Below, piece after piece: positions 1 to 8,699 of a stretch of 64,000 nt of DNA (position 1 is the first letter of the stretch; each line of letters starts with the position of its first letter). Made by a program: the position numbers and the translations under genes. This DNA comes from a virus. The notes below the pieces were generated by a model that was not told the origin of the DNA, made no database searches, and saw nothing but the letters and a program-made list of their open reading frames with translations. Location of the stretch: positions 1-64,000 of IMG/VR virus record IMGVR_UViG_3300045988_110343; one strand, written 5' to 3'.

Positions 1-195
1 GTTTGTCATAGTGCTTTGCCATAATGAGATCCTCCTTCAGTGCGGTACCTACATTGTACCATGATTTTTCTTATAAGGAATTCTCATTTTGACTTGTACT
101 ATTTATATTCTAACACCAAACATCAAAATCACCAGAGAAGCAACCTTTGTAGATTATTAAAGCAATTATGGCGATTATAAGTATCAATATCACCA

Positions 196-729
196 TTATT
201 CATCCACCTCACAATCAACATCAAATAGATATTTCATGATACGTTTTGTACCGATTTTGTTGGCAGCATCCTCTGCAATTTCTGGAGAAGTAAAATAAAT
301 GCCATTGATTGTTTGTGATGCATATAAATATGCCGTTGTTAAATCTCTATCTACAATGTCATACCTAATACAACAATGCTCATTTTCACCATCCCAAATT
401 AGTTTTTCCGAATTATTGTGTTCGTCAGCATATCTCTGCAACTCAACATTAACCTTCTGTTTTTCAATAGCAAACTCTGTATCCTTTTCAGTCTTAAATA
501 CATTACCTAAAGCTAATCTTCTCAAATCTGATGCTCTACCTTGCCATTTTGCAATACCGATCTGTCCATCATTAGTGATGTAATAATACTCATCTCCGTT
601 CTTTAACCCACATGGATTTGTTTCTTCTTTCTGTTCTGATTTCTCGCAGAACTGCTCAAATAATGATTTAAATAAATTCTGCTGTACTTCAGATAATTTT
701 GAAATATCAATTGTCTTTGCTATACCCAT
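196..729 (-). CDS. hypothetical protein (paralog of 746..1258)
   Basis: 177-aa ORF. Shares KTIDIS..LGNVFKT..RYA.EHN blocks with the adjacent 170-aa ORF, so this is a tandem duplication. Confidence 0.6.
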   Translation of the reverse strand: MGIAKTIDISKLSEVQQNLFKSLFEQFCEKSEQKEETNPCGLKNGDEYYYITNDGQIGIAKWQGRASDLRRLALGNVFKTEKDTEFAIEKQKVNVELQRYADEHNNSEKLIWDGENEHCCIRYDIVDRDLTTAYLYASQTINGIYFTSPEIAEDAANKIGTKRIMKYLFDVDCEVDE

Positions 730-745
730 TTTCTTTCACCTCACT

Positions 746-1258
746 TTATGCTCCAAAGATGTATTTAATGATTCTGTCTCTTCCGATTGCTTCAATTGCA
801 TCAACTAAAACATCTTTTGATGTAAACATAACTGTACCCTGTATTTTTGTTGTAGCCAATGTATCGCAAAGAAGTCTTTTTCCGTCTTCTTCACATCGAA
901 TACAATAACAACGATTGGCAAATTCTGTGCCGTTGTGTTCCTTTGCATACCGCTCAAGTTCAACTTCTACTTTTCTTTTCTTTCTTGCAAATACTGCTTC
1001 TTCTTGTGTTTTAAATACGTTGCCTAATACCCATCTACCGTTATCGACAATGCTATTAAACCATATTGCGCTATAAATAGATCCGCTACCATCAATGTAA
1101 TGATATCTTTCACCGTATTTTGGTTTCCAAACTTTAGACCCTGAATTAGTTTTTTCTTTTGGTTTCGCTCTTTCACAACATTTATCAAATAATGCTTTTA
1201 TTAGATCCTGTTCTGCCTCTGGCAATACTGAAATGTCAATTGTTTTTTCTGTACTCAT
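746..1258 (-). CDS. hypothetical protein (paralog of 196..729)
   Basis: 170-aa ORF with conserved blocks shared with the 196..729 product. Confidence 0.6.
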   Translation of the reverse strand: MSTEKTIDISVLPEAEQDLIKALFDKCCERAKPKEKTNSGSKVWKPKYGERYHYIDGSGSIYSAIWFNSIVDNGRWVLGNVFKTQEEAVFARKKRKVEVELERYAKEHNGTEFANRCYCIRCEEDGKRLLCDTLATTKIQGTVMFTSKDVLVDAIEAIGRDRIIKYIFGA

Positions 1259-1654
1259 TTATTTTCCCTCGCTTTCAAACTCTTCGATTTCTTTCCATGC
1301 CAGAACACTTTTGTCACTATAATAGCTTGCCCTTTTAGCTGTCGCATTTCTCCATCCATAAGAATCATGCCATGTTCTGTTTACGCAACCGCCTTTTACG
1401 GTTACTAAAACATCTTTGCTATCTTCTGGCAGATCATCAGGATTTTTTCTTAAATCATGCCATCTATACTTTTCTTTATATTCTTTTAGCTCTTTGAGTT
1501 CTACCAGACACTTTGCAAGCTGCTCATGATTTAAGGCGCAGCCAATAAGCCTGTCAAGTTCTTCATCGTCTGGATTCGCATGACACAACATGGCTTCTGT
1601 GTATTTCTTTGTTGCCATATCATTTGCGCATTTAATAGTTTCTTCTAAATTCAT
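1259..1654 (-). CDS. hypothetical phage protein (C-terminus loosely DUF551-like)
   Basis: 131-aa ORF packed 4 nt after the upstream gene. W/H-rich C-terminal block VLVTVKGG..W..SYGW. Confidence 0.45.
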   Translation of the reverse strand: MNLEETIKCANDMATKKYTEAMLCHANPDDEELDRLIGCALNHEQLAKCLVELKELKEYKEKYRWHDLRKNPDDLPEDSKDVLVTVKGGCVNRTWHDSYGWRNATAKRASYYSDKSVLAWKEIEEFESEGK

Positions 1655-1673
1655 TTGTTTCTCTCCTCTCTAA

Positions 1674-2117
1674 TCATCCACCAATATTCGGACAAATACA
1701 TTCCCATTTGTAATCGTCAAAATTAATCTCTTCGTCTTTTAAAATTTCACCATTTATAATTTCGACATTTCGATTGAACTGCATTCCTTTTTCAAATCCA
1801 TATATCTTCATATCCACTAAATACTTTTTAGATGTTTTTAACAGTTCTTCTGAATCAATATCATGTGCAAACTTTGAGTCAAGCGCTACAGTGACAATAT
1901 CTTCATCTTGATAGTCAGAGAAAAATTCATCAACTCCCAAAACAAAACCTCTATAAGTATTTTCAATCCAGTATGTTTCATCAGAAGTAATATCTCCAAA
2001 CTTATTTAAAGATAATGAATGCCCAGCACCAACAGGTTTTAATCCTTTTAACATAAATTCAATCACATTTTTCTTTTTTCCTCGGACTTTTAAAGTCCCT
2101 CGACACCAATTTGGCAT
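1674..2117 (-). CDS. hypothetical protein
   Basis: 147-aa ORF with N-terminal MPNWCRG motif; no family assigned. Confidence 0.5.
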   Translation of the reverse strand: MPNWCRGTLKVRGKKKNVIEFMLKGLKPVGAGHSLSLNKFGDITSDETYWIENTYRGFVLGVDEFFSDYQDEDIVTVALDSKFAHDIDSEELLKTSKKYLVDMKIYGFEKGMQFNRNVEIINGEILKDEEINFDDYKWECICPNIGG

Positions 2118-2131
2118 TTGCCTTCTCCTCT

Positions 2132-2416
2132 CTAATCAATTTCTGCGATACTTTCTACGAAGCAGTTGTAGTAAATATATCTCTTACCTTTGTAATCAAA
2201 CTTGACATATCCACCGTCATTTGTATCAATATCAATTTTTCCTTTATATTCAGCAATCTTCTTACCGTCTGCCGTGTATACTGTAATGACTCTATTCATA
2301 CCGCCATTCCAATCGCTTTTCATATCAACGATTTCTCTTTTGAATCCTGCGCATCCTGTCATTGATCCTAAGCAAATCGTTACTCCTAAAACCGTTGCCA
2401 AAATTTTCTTTCTCAT
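2132..2416 (-). CDS. putative lipoprotein
   Basis: 94 aa. N-terminal signal peptide with lipobox LGSMTGC. Confidence 0.6.
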   Translation of the reverse strand: MRKKILATVLGVTICLGSMTGCAGFKREIVDMKSDWNGGMNRVITVYTADGKKIAEYKGKIDIDTNDGGYVKFDYKGKRYIYYNCFVESIAEID

Positions 2417-2824
2417 TTATTTTTCTCCTTCTTCTTTATAGTAATATCCATACAAGCAGCAATCTCCAGAATCCCATGTGTCGTAATAACAACCGTCTGA
2501 AATTGCAACTACATGATTCGCAACATTTACCAAGTAATTGCCTTGTTTATGATCTTTTGCAAAACTTTCAACTGTTGGTCGTTTAGATCCTTTTCGGTTG
2601 CTAATACCTTGATAAGCAAACCCATTATCGAATAAATATTCTTCGTAACATTTTCGCTCTGATGGCATACACTGCATATCCCTTGCGTATAGTAACAAAT
2701 CATCAAATGTTGTTAACCATTCTTTATCAAGCACTTTTGTTAATGCTCTGATCACGCAATCTGAATGATTGTCTTTTGTATCTTTATCGTTTGGTTGATA
2801 ATATCTGTAAATTTTATTTGACAT
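2417..2824 (-). CDS. hypothetical protein (possible Cys/His hydrolase fold)
   Basis: 135 aa. Conserved-looking DCVIRAL Cys and NHVVAI His; assignment is speculative. Confidence 0.4.
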   Translation of the reverse strand: MSNKIYRYYQPNDKDTKDNHSDCVIRALTKVLDKEWLTTFDDLLLYARDMQCMPSERKCYEEYLFDNGFAYQGISNRKGSKRPTVESFAKDHKQGNYLVNVANHVVAISDGCYYDTWDSGDCCLYGYYYKEEGEK

Positions 2825-2990
2825 TTTCTCACTCCTTCATATTTCATTTTCTTGAAGTTTACCTTTCATTTGTTGAATATAATATACCACTTCTTGCACA
2901 TAGTGTCAATACAAAATCTTCAACTTCTTGAATATTTTATTTTACATCCTGTATATAATATGTTACAATATAGATGTGGAGGTATATCAT

Positions 2991-3194
2991 ATGATAAGTT
3001 ATAAACCGCTTTTCGTAACTTTAGCGAAAAAGGGTATGACAAAATCTGATTTACGAACCGCTTTAAATATGGGGTCTGGTACAATTGCCAAGATGGCAAA
3101 GAATCAGTATATCAGTCTCGAAAACATTGACAAAATTTGCTTATATCTTGATTGCAAAGTTGAAGATGTTATCGAGGTCATACCAAACGATTAA
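2991..3194 (+). CDS. XRE-family helix-turn-helix transcriptional regulator
   Basis: 67 aa from the internal Met of the 2928..3194 ORF. HTH pattern LAKKGMTKSDLRTALNMGSGTIAKMAKNQ. Followed by a hairpin plus T-run. Confidence 0.7.
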   Translation: MISYKPLFVTLAKKGMTKSDLRTALNMGSGTIAKMAKNQYISLENIDKICLYLDCKVEDVIEVIPND

Positions 3195-3199
3195 CCAAA

Positions 3200-3232
3200 A
3201 AGACTTTAACCATTTAGGTTGAGGTCTTTTTT
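3200..3232 (+). terminator. rho-independent terminator after the HTH gene
   Basis: Stem AAGAC...GTCTT with an inner AACC/GGTT pairing, followed by TTTTTT. Confidence 0.45.
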
Positions 3233-3234
3233 AG

Positions 3235-3372
3235 TGGAAACAACAGGAATCGAACCTGTGTCGGCAATTTATATGTGATGAAAATTAAATGTAAATAAAT
3301 AAAAATACTTATATGGAGGTAGAAAAATGAATGTTTATGTATTGCCTGCTCTACCAACTGAGCTATGTTTCC
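3235..3372 (-). tRNA. tRNA gene with a ~67-nt insertion in the anticodon loop (split or intron-containing tRNA, or a disrupted tRNA)
   Basis: On the minus strand: acceptor GGAAACA/TGTTTCC (7 bp); D-arm GCTC-AGTTGGTA-GAGC; anticodon stem GGCAA/TTGCC; T-arm ACAGG-TTCGATT-CCTGT; discriminator A. The anticodon stem halves are separated by 74 nt instead of 7. Confidence 0.6.
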
Positions 3373-3502
3373 ATGACTGGCACTTTATACAACTATATAT
3401 AGTGGTTCAATAATTGGATAATCACTATATATTGTGTTTTATAGAGTCATAAAATGCCAGTTTTATGTTTGTGAAATTAATTTTTGTAGATGAATTTATT
3501 CG

Positions 3503-4237
3503 TTATTTGCGAGCATTTTTCATCTGATCTAATATGACTTTAGCTTCTTGCTGTCGCTCTTCTTGCTCCATATGATAATCCAATGTTTCTGCACTAGATT
3601 CATACGCAATAGCAACGCCTTTGGCTTGTTCGCTAAGTTTCTTTGCTCCTTCTCGAACCTCTTCCAAACCTTCCTGAGCAGCATTTGAACTATTGTATTG
3701 GTCTAAATTTTTCTGCAATTCTGCAATCTGCTGATCTGCTTCCATCTGGAGAACCACAGTATCTTTTTCACCTTTTAACTTAATGAGCTGATCATATGCT
3801 TGGTTTTTAATTTCTTCTTGTTTATCTTTTGTCGCTTGCAACTCTGGGATTTTCTTTTCGTACACTGATTTCTGTGCCTTGAGCGTGGCTAATTTTTGAG
3901 CATAATACATTGCTTTTTTATCATCATTGTTATCAATATACTGGTTGATCATTGCCTCGGTTTTAGAAATTTCTTCTTTTGTTTCTTTGAGGTCATCTTC
4001 CATTGTTGCCAATCGACCAGCTACCATTGTGTATGTACCCATTGTTTTCTGGTAGAAATCCTGCTTATCTTTAATTGCAGTATTATATCTGGCTCTTGCT
4101 CCCTCTGGAGTCATTGCATTTTCTTTGATTTTTTCTGCAACTGTTCCAGATGCCACATTTTTAATCTGCTTTCCATTTTTAGTAAATTGTAAATATGCGA
4201 TAATCGCTACAATTACACAAATAATAATAATTGTCAT
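3503..4237 (-). CDS. membrane-anchored coiled-coil protein (PspA/IM30-like?)
   Basis: 244 aa. N-terminal TM helix, then a long K/E/Q-rich coiled coil. Immediately downstream of the flotillin gene. Confidence 0.4.
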   Translation of the reverse strand: MTIIIICVIVAIIAYLQFTKNGKQIKNVASGTVAEKIKENAMTPEGARARYNTAIKDKQDFYQKTMGTYTMVAGRLATMEDDLKETKEEISKTEAMINQYIDNNDDKKAMYYAQKLATLKAQKSVYEKKIPELQATKDKQEEIKNQAYDQLIKLKGEKDTVVLQMEADQQIAELQKNLDQYNSSNAAQEGLEEVREGAKKLSEQAKGVAIAYESSAETLDYHMEQEERQQEAKVILDQMKNARK

Positions 4238-4251
4238 AATAATTACTCCTA

Positions 4252-5712
4252 TTAGAACTCACGGTAATCTGCTAGCTCTGGTGTTCCAAGATTTTCATTA
4301 TCTGTAGATTCTACTTCTTTATCTTCAGAAACAAAATCTTTTAGCATCTTTGCAAGATCAACACCTGTAGATCCTTTAACACCATCTGATACCTGATTCA
4401 CAACATTCATAATATCTTTTGTTAATTTTGTTGTATTTCCTTCTCCATACATAGTGATACTTCCTACGTTTCCTAATGGCGCAGCTGCATTTTTAACTGC
4501 TTCTGGGAACATCTGGCACATCATTTCTACGATAGAAGCTTTACCCATCTGCTTCATAGCTTCGGCTTTCTTTTCGATCGCTTCTGCTTCAGCAATACCT
4601 TTTGCTTTAATCGCCTCAGCTTCTGCTACACCCTTTGCACGAATACCTTCAGCTTCCTGCTCCATAGCATATTTTGTAGATTCAGCTTCTTTTTCTTTGG
4701 CATATTTGTTAGCTTCAGATTCTTTCTGTTTCTTGTATAAGTCTGCATCTGCTTTCTGCTGTGAAGCATATCTTTCAGCCTCTGCCTGCTTCTTGATCTG
4801 TGCATCTAATGTCTGCTCTGTTACCTCAACGTCTTTGCGTTTCAGTTCAATTTCCTTTTCCTGACACATAATATTAGCATCCGCAGTTACAACTTCAATT
4901 TCTTTACGTGATTTTTCTTCCTGGATCTTGTATGCTGCATCTGCCTCAGCTTTCTTTGCTTTTGAAATCTTTTCAAGTTCAGATTTTTTAATCTCCAGAT
5001 TGTTATTCTTTTCTGCAATCGCTGTTGCTGACTCTACCTTTGCATCATTTGCTTCTTTTTCAGCCATTGCTTTTGCTTTTTCAATATCTCTTTCGCTTTC
5101 AGCTCTGGAAATCGCAGCCTTCTTCTTGATTTTAACAACATTATCTACACCAAGATTTTCAATAACATCATTATCATCCATAAAATTCTGAACATTAAAA
5201 CTAATAATATCTAATCCCATTGCAGCAAGATCTGGCTTCGCATTTTCTGTAACAAGCTGTGCAAATTTCTGACGATCAGAAACCATTTCTTCGAGACTCA
5301 TCTTTCCAACGATCTCTCGCATATTACCTTCAAGGACTTCTCTTGCGACCTGTCCAATATTGCCTACTGGCTTATTTAAGAAGTTTTCTGCTGCAAGTTT
5401 TAATCTTTCTGGATTACTGCTAACCTTTACATTGACTGCTGCATCTACATTGATATTGATATAATCTGCTGTAGGCACAGAGCTTGATGTCTTAACATCA
5501 ATTGGAATTAACTCAAGATTAAGGTGATCTGCTTTTTCAAAGAATGGGATTTTTAACCCTGCCTTACCAATTAATGTCTTAGGTGTCTTTCTAAGTCCAG
5601 AAATAATATAAGCTTTATCTGGACTTGCTTTGACATAACCGCTACCGATAATAGCTCCTACGCCACCTACCGCAATAACCACTGGTACCACTGTTCCAAT
5701 TACTTCAATCAT
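4252..5712 (-). CDS. floT: flotillin (SPFH/band-7 domain, FloT/YuaG-like)
   Basis: 486 aa. N-terminal TM plus SPFH domain. Blocks REVLEGNMREIVGKMSLEEM..AAMGLDIISFNV and C-terminal MFPEAVKNAAAPLGNV match B. subtilis FloT. Central EA-rich coiled-coil repeats. Confidence 0.85.
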   Translation of the reverse strand: MIEVIGTVVPVVIAVGGVGAIIGSGYVKASPDKAYIISGLRKTPKTLIGKAGLKIPFFEKADHLNLELIPIDVKTSSSVPTADYININVDAAVNVKVSSNPERLKLAAENFLNKPVGNIGQVAREVLEGNMREIVGKMSLEEMVSDRQKFAQLVTENAKPDLAAMGLDIISFNVQNFMDDNDVIENLGVDNVVKIKKKAAISRAESERDIEKAKAMAEKEANDAKVESATAIAEKNNNLEIKKSELEKISKAKKAEADAAYKIQEEKSRKEIEVVTADANIMCQEKEIELKRKDVEVTEQTLDAQIKKQAEAERYASQQKADADLYKKQKESEANKYAKEKEAESTKYAMEQEAEGIRAKGVAEAEAIKAKGIAEAEAIEKKAEAMKQMGKASIVEMMCQMFPEAVKNAAAPLGNVGSITMYGEGNTTKLTKDIMNVVNQVSDGVKGSTGVDLAKMLKDFVSEDKEVESTDNENLGTPELADYREF

Positions 5713-5778
5713 AAATATCTCCTTTGTTTATAAAATTTATTTATCACAACACCATATACAGATGTTATAACCTAGTTA

Positions 5779-6111
5779 CTAAATACACCCACCACATGAG
5801 TTAGGGCGAAAATCTTGTTCATTGATTGCTTTGAAGATCTGGTACTGAACATCAATGTCTGTTGTAATTTCATCTAACCAATATTTATTAGACTCAATCC
5901 ACTCATCTTGTTTCAGTCCGTCATAATATGATTCCCATTCTTCAACCCAGTCCTTAAAATACCATCGCTCATATCTTTTATATGTATTCATAGGTTCTGT
6001 GCGTAAGTCTTCTGGAATCTTATCGGTAACATCTTTACCATCAACATAAAGCTTCCATTCTCCAATACAGAGTGCAAAACCACGACCTGTCCATTTTGCT
6101 TTAACTTCCAT
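5779..6111 (-). CDS. hypothetical protein
   Basis: 110-aa ORF, W/Y/E-rich. Confidence 0.5.
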   Translation of the reverse strand: MEVKAKWTGRGFALCIGEWKLYVDGKDVTDKIPEDLRTEPMNTYKRYERWYFKDWVEEWESYYDGLKQDEWIESNKYWLDEITTDIDVQYQIFKAINEQDFRPNSCGGCI

Positions 6112-6131
6112 GTTTAATCATCCTCTTCAAT

Positions 6132-7094
6132 TTAATTTCCTAATGCAATTAATGAATTTCCACATGTAATTCTGTCTGCGTCTTCTTCTTTCGATGGAAC
6201 AAATACAATTACATCCCAACCGTCTTTTACAAGTGGTTGTTCAAATTTTTCATATACGTCAAAATCTGTTACAATCTCATATCCTTCGTCAACTGCTTCA
6301 ACTGTTTCATGGATAGGAGTAATCTTTACAATGCATTTTTCCTTATCGAAATACTTGTTCATCAAATCTACGTCTAAATTACTTTTGGACGTAACAGCAA
6401 AATTCAATGTGTACTTACGCTTCTTTGGCATTGGCAACCAATCAATAATGCCTCCGATCTCTGTTAAAGATAATGAACATCCTCGAAACATTTCATTTCT
6501 TTGTTCTTCATTAAGAGTATTGATAGAGAACTGAAGACCAAAGCCATCTTCTCCACCATATTCGAATCCAGTTTTAACCCATTTATGTAAAAATTCTTTT
6601 AAATTATTATTTGCCTTTGGCATCATTGTAGAAATTACTGGATGATATGTGTTGAAATGTATATCACTGTCTGGATCTGCTAACATATGTGCAATCTGTT
6701 TAGCCGAAGCAATTACATTTTGATTAAATGTAGGCTCTCCCATTCTTGCATAATGTACATTTAATCGTTCTCCATGTCTGATTCCTGATAAAGCAATTCC
6801 AGAAGTGATCTCCATCATTAACTCTGGCAACGATGCGTTTCCTTTAAATCCAAGTTTAGGGCAATCACAGAAATTGCAATGCATCGGACAACCTTTCTGC
6901 GACGAAACAGTCACAACTAATTTTTCTCTAATATCAACTGGTTTATGTTCAACTTTTTCAATTCGTTTATCATACCCAAGAAAATCTGCCTTAATGTTGT
7001 TTTCCTTGCCATAATCACCAACGAATAAGTATTCTAATGTTAAATCTGTATCGGAGATAATTTCTCCTGTATGTGTGTCTGTAATCTGTCTCAT
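6132..7094 (-). CDS. radical SAM enzyme, COG1533/spore-photoproduct-lyase-like
   Basis: 320 aa. CPMHCNFC (CX3CX2C) cluster, MGEPT glycine-rich motif, and an FSIN block resembling SplB. Confidence 0.6.
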   Translation of the reverse strand: MRQITDTHTGEIISDTDLTLEYLFVGDYGKENNIKADFLGYDKRIEKVEHKPVDIREKLVVTVSSQKGCPMHCNFCDCPKLGFKGNASLPELMMEITSGIALSGIRHGERLNVHYARMGEPTFNQNVIASAKQIAHMLADPDSDIHFNTYHPVISTMMPKANNNLKEFLHKWVKTGFEYGGEDGFGLQFSINTLNEEQRNEMFRGCSLSLTEIGGIIDWLPMPKKRKYTLNFAVTSKSNLDVDLMNKYFDKEKCIVKITPIHETVEAVDEGYEIVTDFDVYEKFEQPLVKDGWDVIVFVPSKEEDADRITCGNSLIALGN

Positions 7095-7124
7095 TTTCTC
7101 TCCTTCCTTTAAATTACTGTTTTA

Positions 7125-7592
7125 TTAATCAAATAATCCATACCCAAAGTGCTGTCTCAGTTCATCATTCCAACTATTAATCGATTCGACTTTTGGCTCT
7201 TGGACAAGCTTATATCGAAAATCTTCAGGCATAGACAGTGCGATAAAATTCATAATAAGTTTTGCACAATCTTTCCTTTCTTCAATATAATACACGCCAT
7301 CTTCTTTATAGAAATCAACCTCTTTAAAACACCCAGAATTATTTAAAATTTCAAATGCTGTTTCGCTCATTTCTGATTCTTGATACTCTGTCCAAATCAG
7401 TCTCTCACTTCTATAACCAAGACCTAGACCCGTATAATCTTCATTGTAATTAAAAGCTACTCCTAGCTTTTTACAACTGTCTTTATACGCTTGTCGAATT
7501 TTATGAATATCATAGTTACAATCAAATAAAAAACTTTCTGATATTTTATGCCCATCTTCCGACCAGTCGCCTAATTCTAATTTATAAATCAT
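7125..7592 (-). CDS. hypothetical protein
   Basis: 155-aa ORF. Confidence 0.5.
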   Translation of the reverse strand: MIYKLELGDWSEDGHKISESFLFDCNYDIHKIRQAYKDSCKKLGVAFNYNEDYTGLGLGYRSERLIWTEYQESEMSETAFEILNNSGCFKEVDFYKEDGVYYIEERKDCAKLIMNFIALSMPEDFRYKLVQEPKVESINSWNDELRQHFGYGLFD

Positions 7593-7649
7593 TCCAGTCT
7601 CCTTTCTTTAAGCACCCACCCGTCAAATTTGACGGGAAGGTGTATTATC

Positions 7650-8123
7650 TTAATCTTCTAACGAATCAATCACTGCACGTTTCGCAGCATCAATCTTTTT
7701 AAACTCAATCGCATGAAGAATATCACTTCTGGCAGAATCGGCATATGATAATGCCTGCTCTAATTCAAACTTCTTTTCTCCTAATTGATCTGAGTCATAT
7801 GCTAGAAGTCCTACTATGGCTCTTTCCTCAGTCTCTATATTGTCGATCAATGTATTATCACATTCCCAATCCATAAAGCAATTTCCATTACCTTTACGCA
7901 TTATTTCACTAGATTCCATAGGTTTTCCAACTTTACCTAGCTCAATTTCTCTGGCATGAAATCCGTCTTTCATCCACGTATATTTATGCTTCAAACCTAA
8001 AATGTGCTTTGCTTGCTTAGAGGTAAATTGAGCAGCTTCAGACTTACGATTATCACGAACGTATTTATTTCTTGCATGATCTCTTTTCACATAGAACTCT
8101 CCATTCGTAATTATGTATTTCAT
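7650..8123 (-). CDS. hypothetical protein
   Basis: 157-aa ORF. Confidence 0.5.
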   Translation of the reverse strand: MKYIITNGEFYVKRDHARNKYVRDNRKSEAAQFTSKQAKHILGLKHKYTWMKDGFHAREIELGKVGKPMESSEIMRKGNGNCFMDWECDNTLIDNIETEERAIVGLLAYDSDQLGEKKFELEQALSYADSARSDILHAIEFKKIDAAKRAVIDSLED

Positions 8124-8316
8124 ACATCACTCCTGTATTTAATTGTAGTTTTTTGGAAAAATTTTCATGTTGACGAACATATTTAGAATTGTTATAATGA
8201 TTTTAAGGATAATAATATCCTTATCTCTTAAACAATTCTAAATATCAAATTCGATTTTCTATCGTGCTGCCAACACGGTAGATTCAAAAAATCTTTTTTT
8301 GTTATCTATGATTTGT

Positions 8317-8682
8317 TTAGTTGAAATTTTTAGTTTGTGTGAAAGTAGAAGTTTTACCAAAGACTTCTGCTTTCTTTTTTATTGTCTGTATTTTTATTCC
8401 AACATTGTATCTCTCTTTGTATGTAAATTGCAGGCATTTGATTATGTCAAATATGTCGTCCTGCCTAATATGAGAGAACAAATTCTCATCTTGAATAAAT
8501 TCGATCCAATGATATGAAAGATCTTTATCTTTGCCATAGATCTTCATCTTTCTATCATCTGCTCGAATCTTATATTCACTCAGAAACCACGATGACATTT
8601 CTGATGAGTGTAAATCAAGTACATCAATATGCATTTGATTTGATTGATTCGCTACCAATGTTTTTAATATTTGATTGTCCAT
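8317..8682 (-). CDS. hypothetical protein (AT-rich island)
   Basis: 121-aa ORF in a visibly AT-richer segment. Confidence 0.45.
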   Translation of the reverse strand: MDNQILKTLVANQSNQMHIDVLDLHSSEMSSWFLSEYKIRADDRKMKIYGKDKDLSYHWIEFIQDENLFSHIRQDDIFDIIKCLQFTYKERYNVGIKIQTIKKKAEVFGKTSTFTQTKNFN

Positions 8683-8699
8683 ACATATACCTTCCTTTA

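Noticed and set aside
299-583. Plus-strand ORF (94 aa) antisense to 196..729. The same pattern applies to many other listed ORFs, for example 4454..4864, 4928..5191, 11916..12383, 13102..13488, 19311..19745, 52811..53164, 52979..53224.
   Set aside because: They overlap longer, motif-supported genes on the opposite strand. Low-complexity products (S/F/L/C-rich) typical of antisense frames in AT-rich DNA.
3268-3341. Group I intron, or archaeal-type bulge-helix-bulge (BHB) intron, in the split tRNA.
   Set aside because: 67 nt is far below the group I size (200 nt or more). No BHB motif was recognised and bacteria lack the splicing endonuclease. Kept as unexplained rather than assigned.
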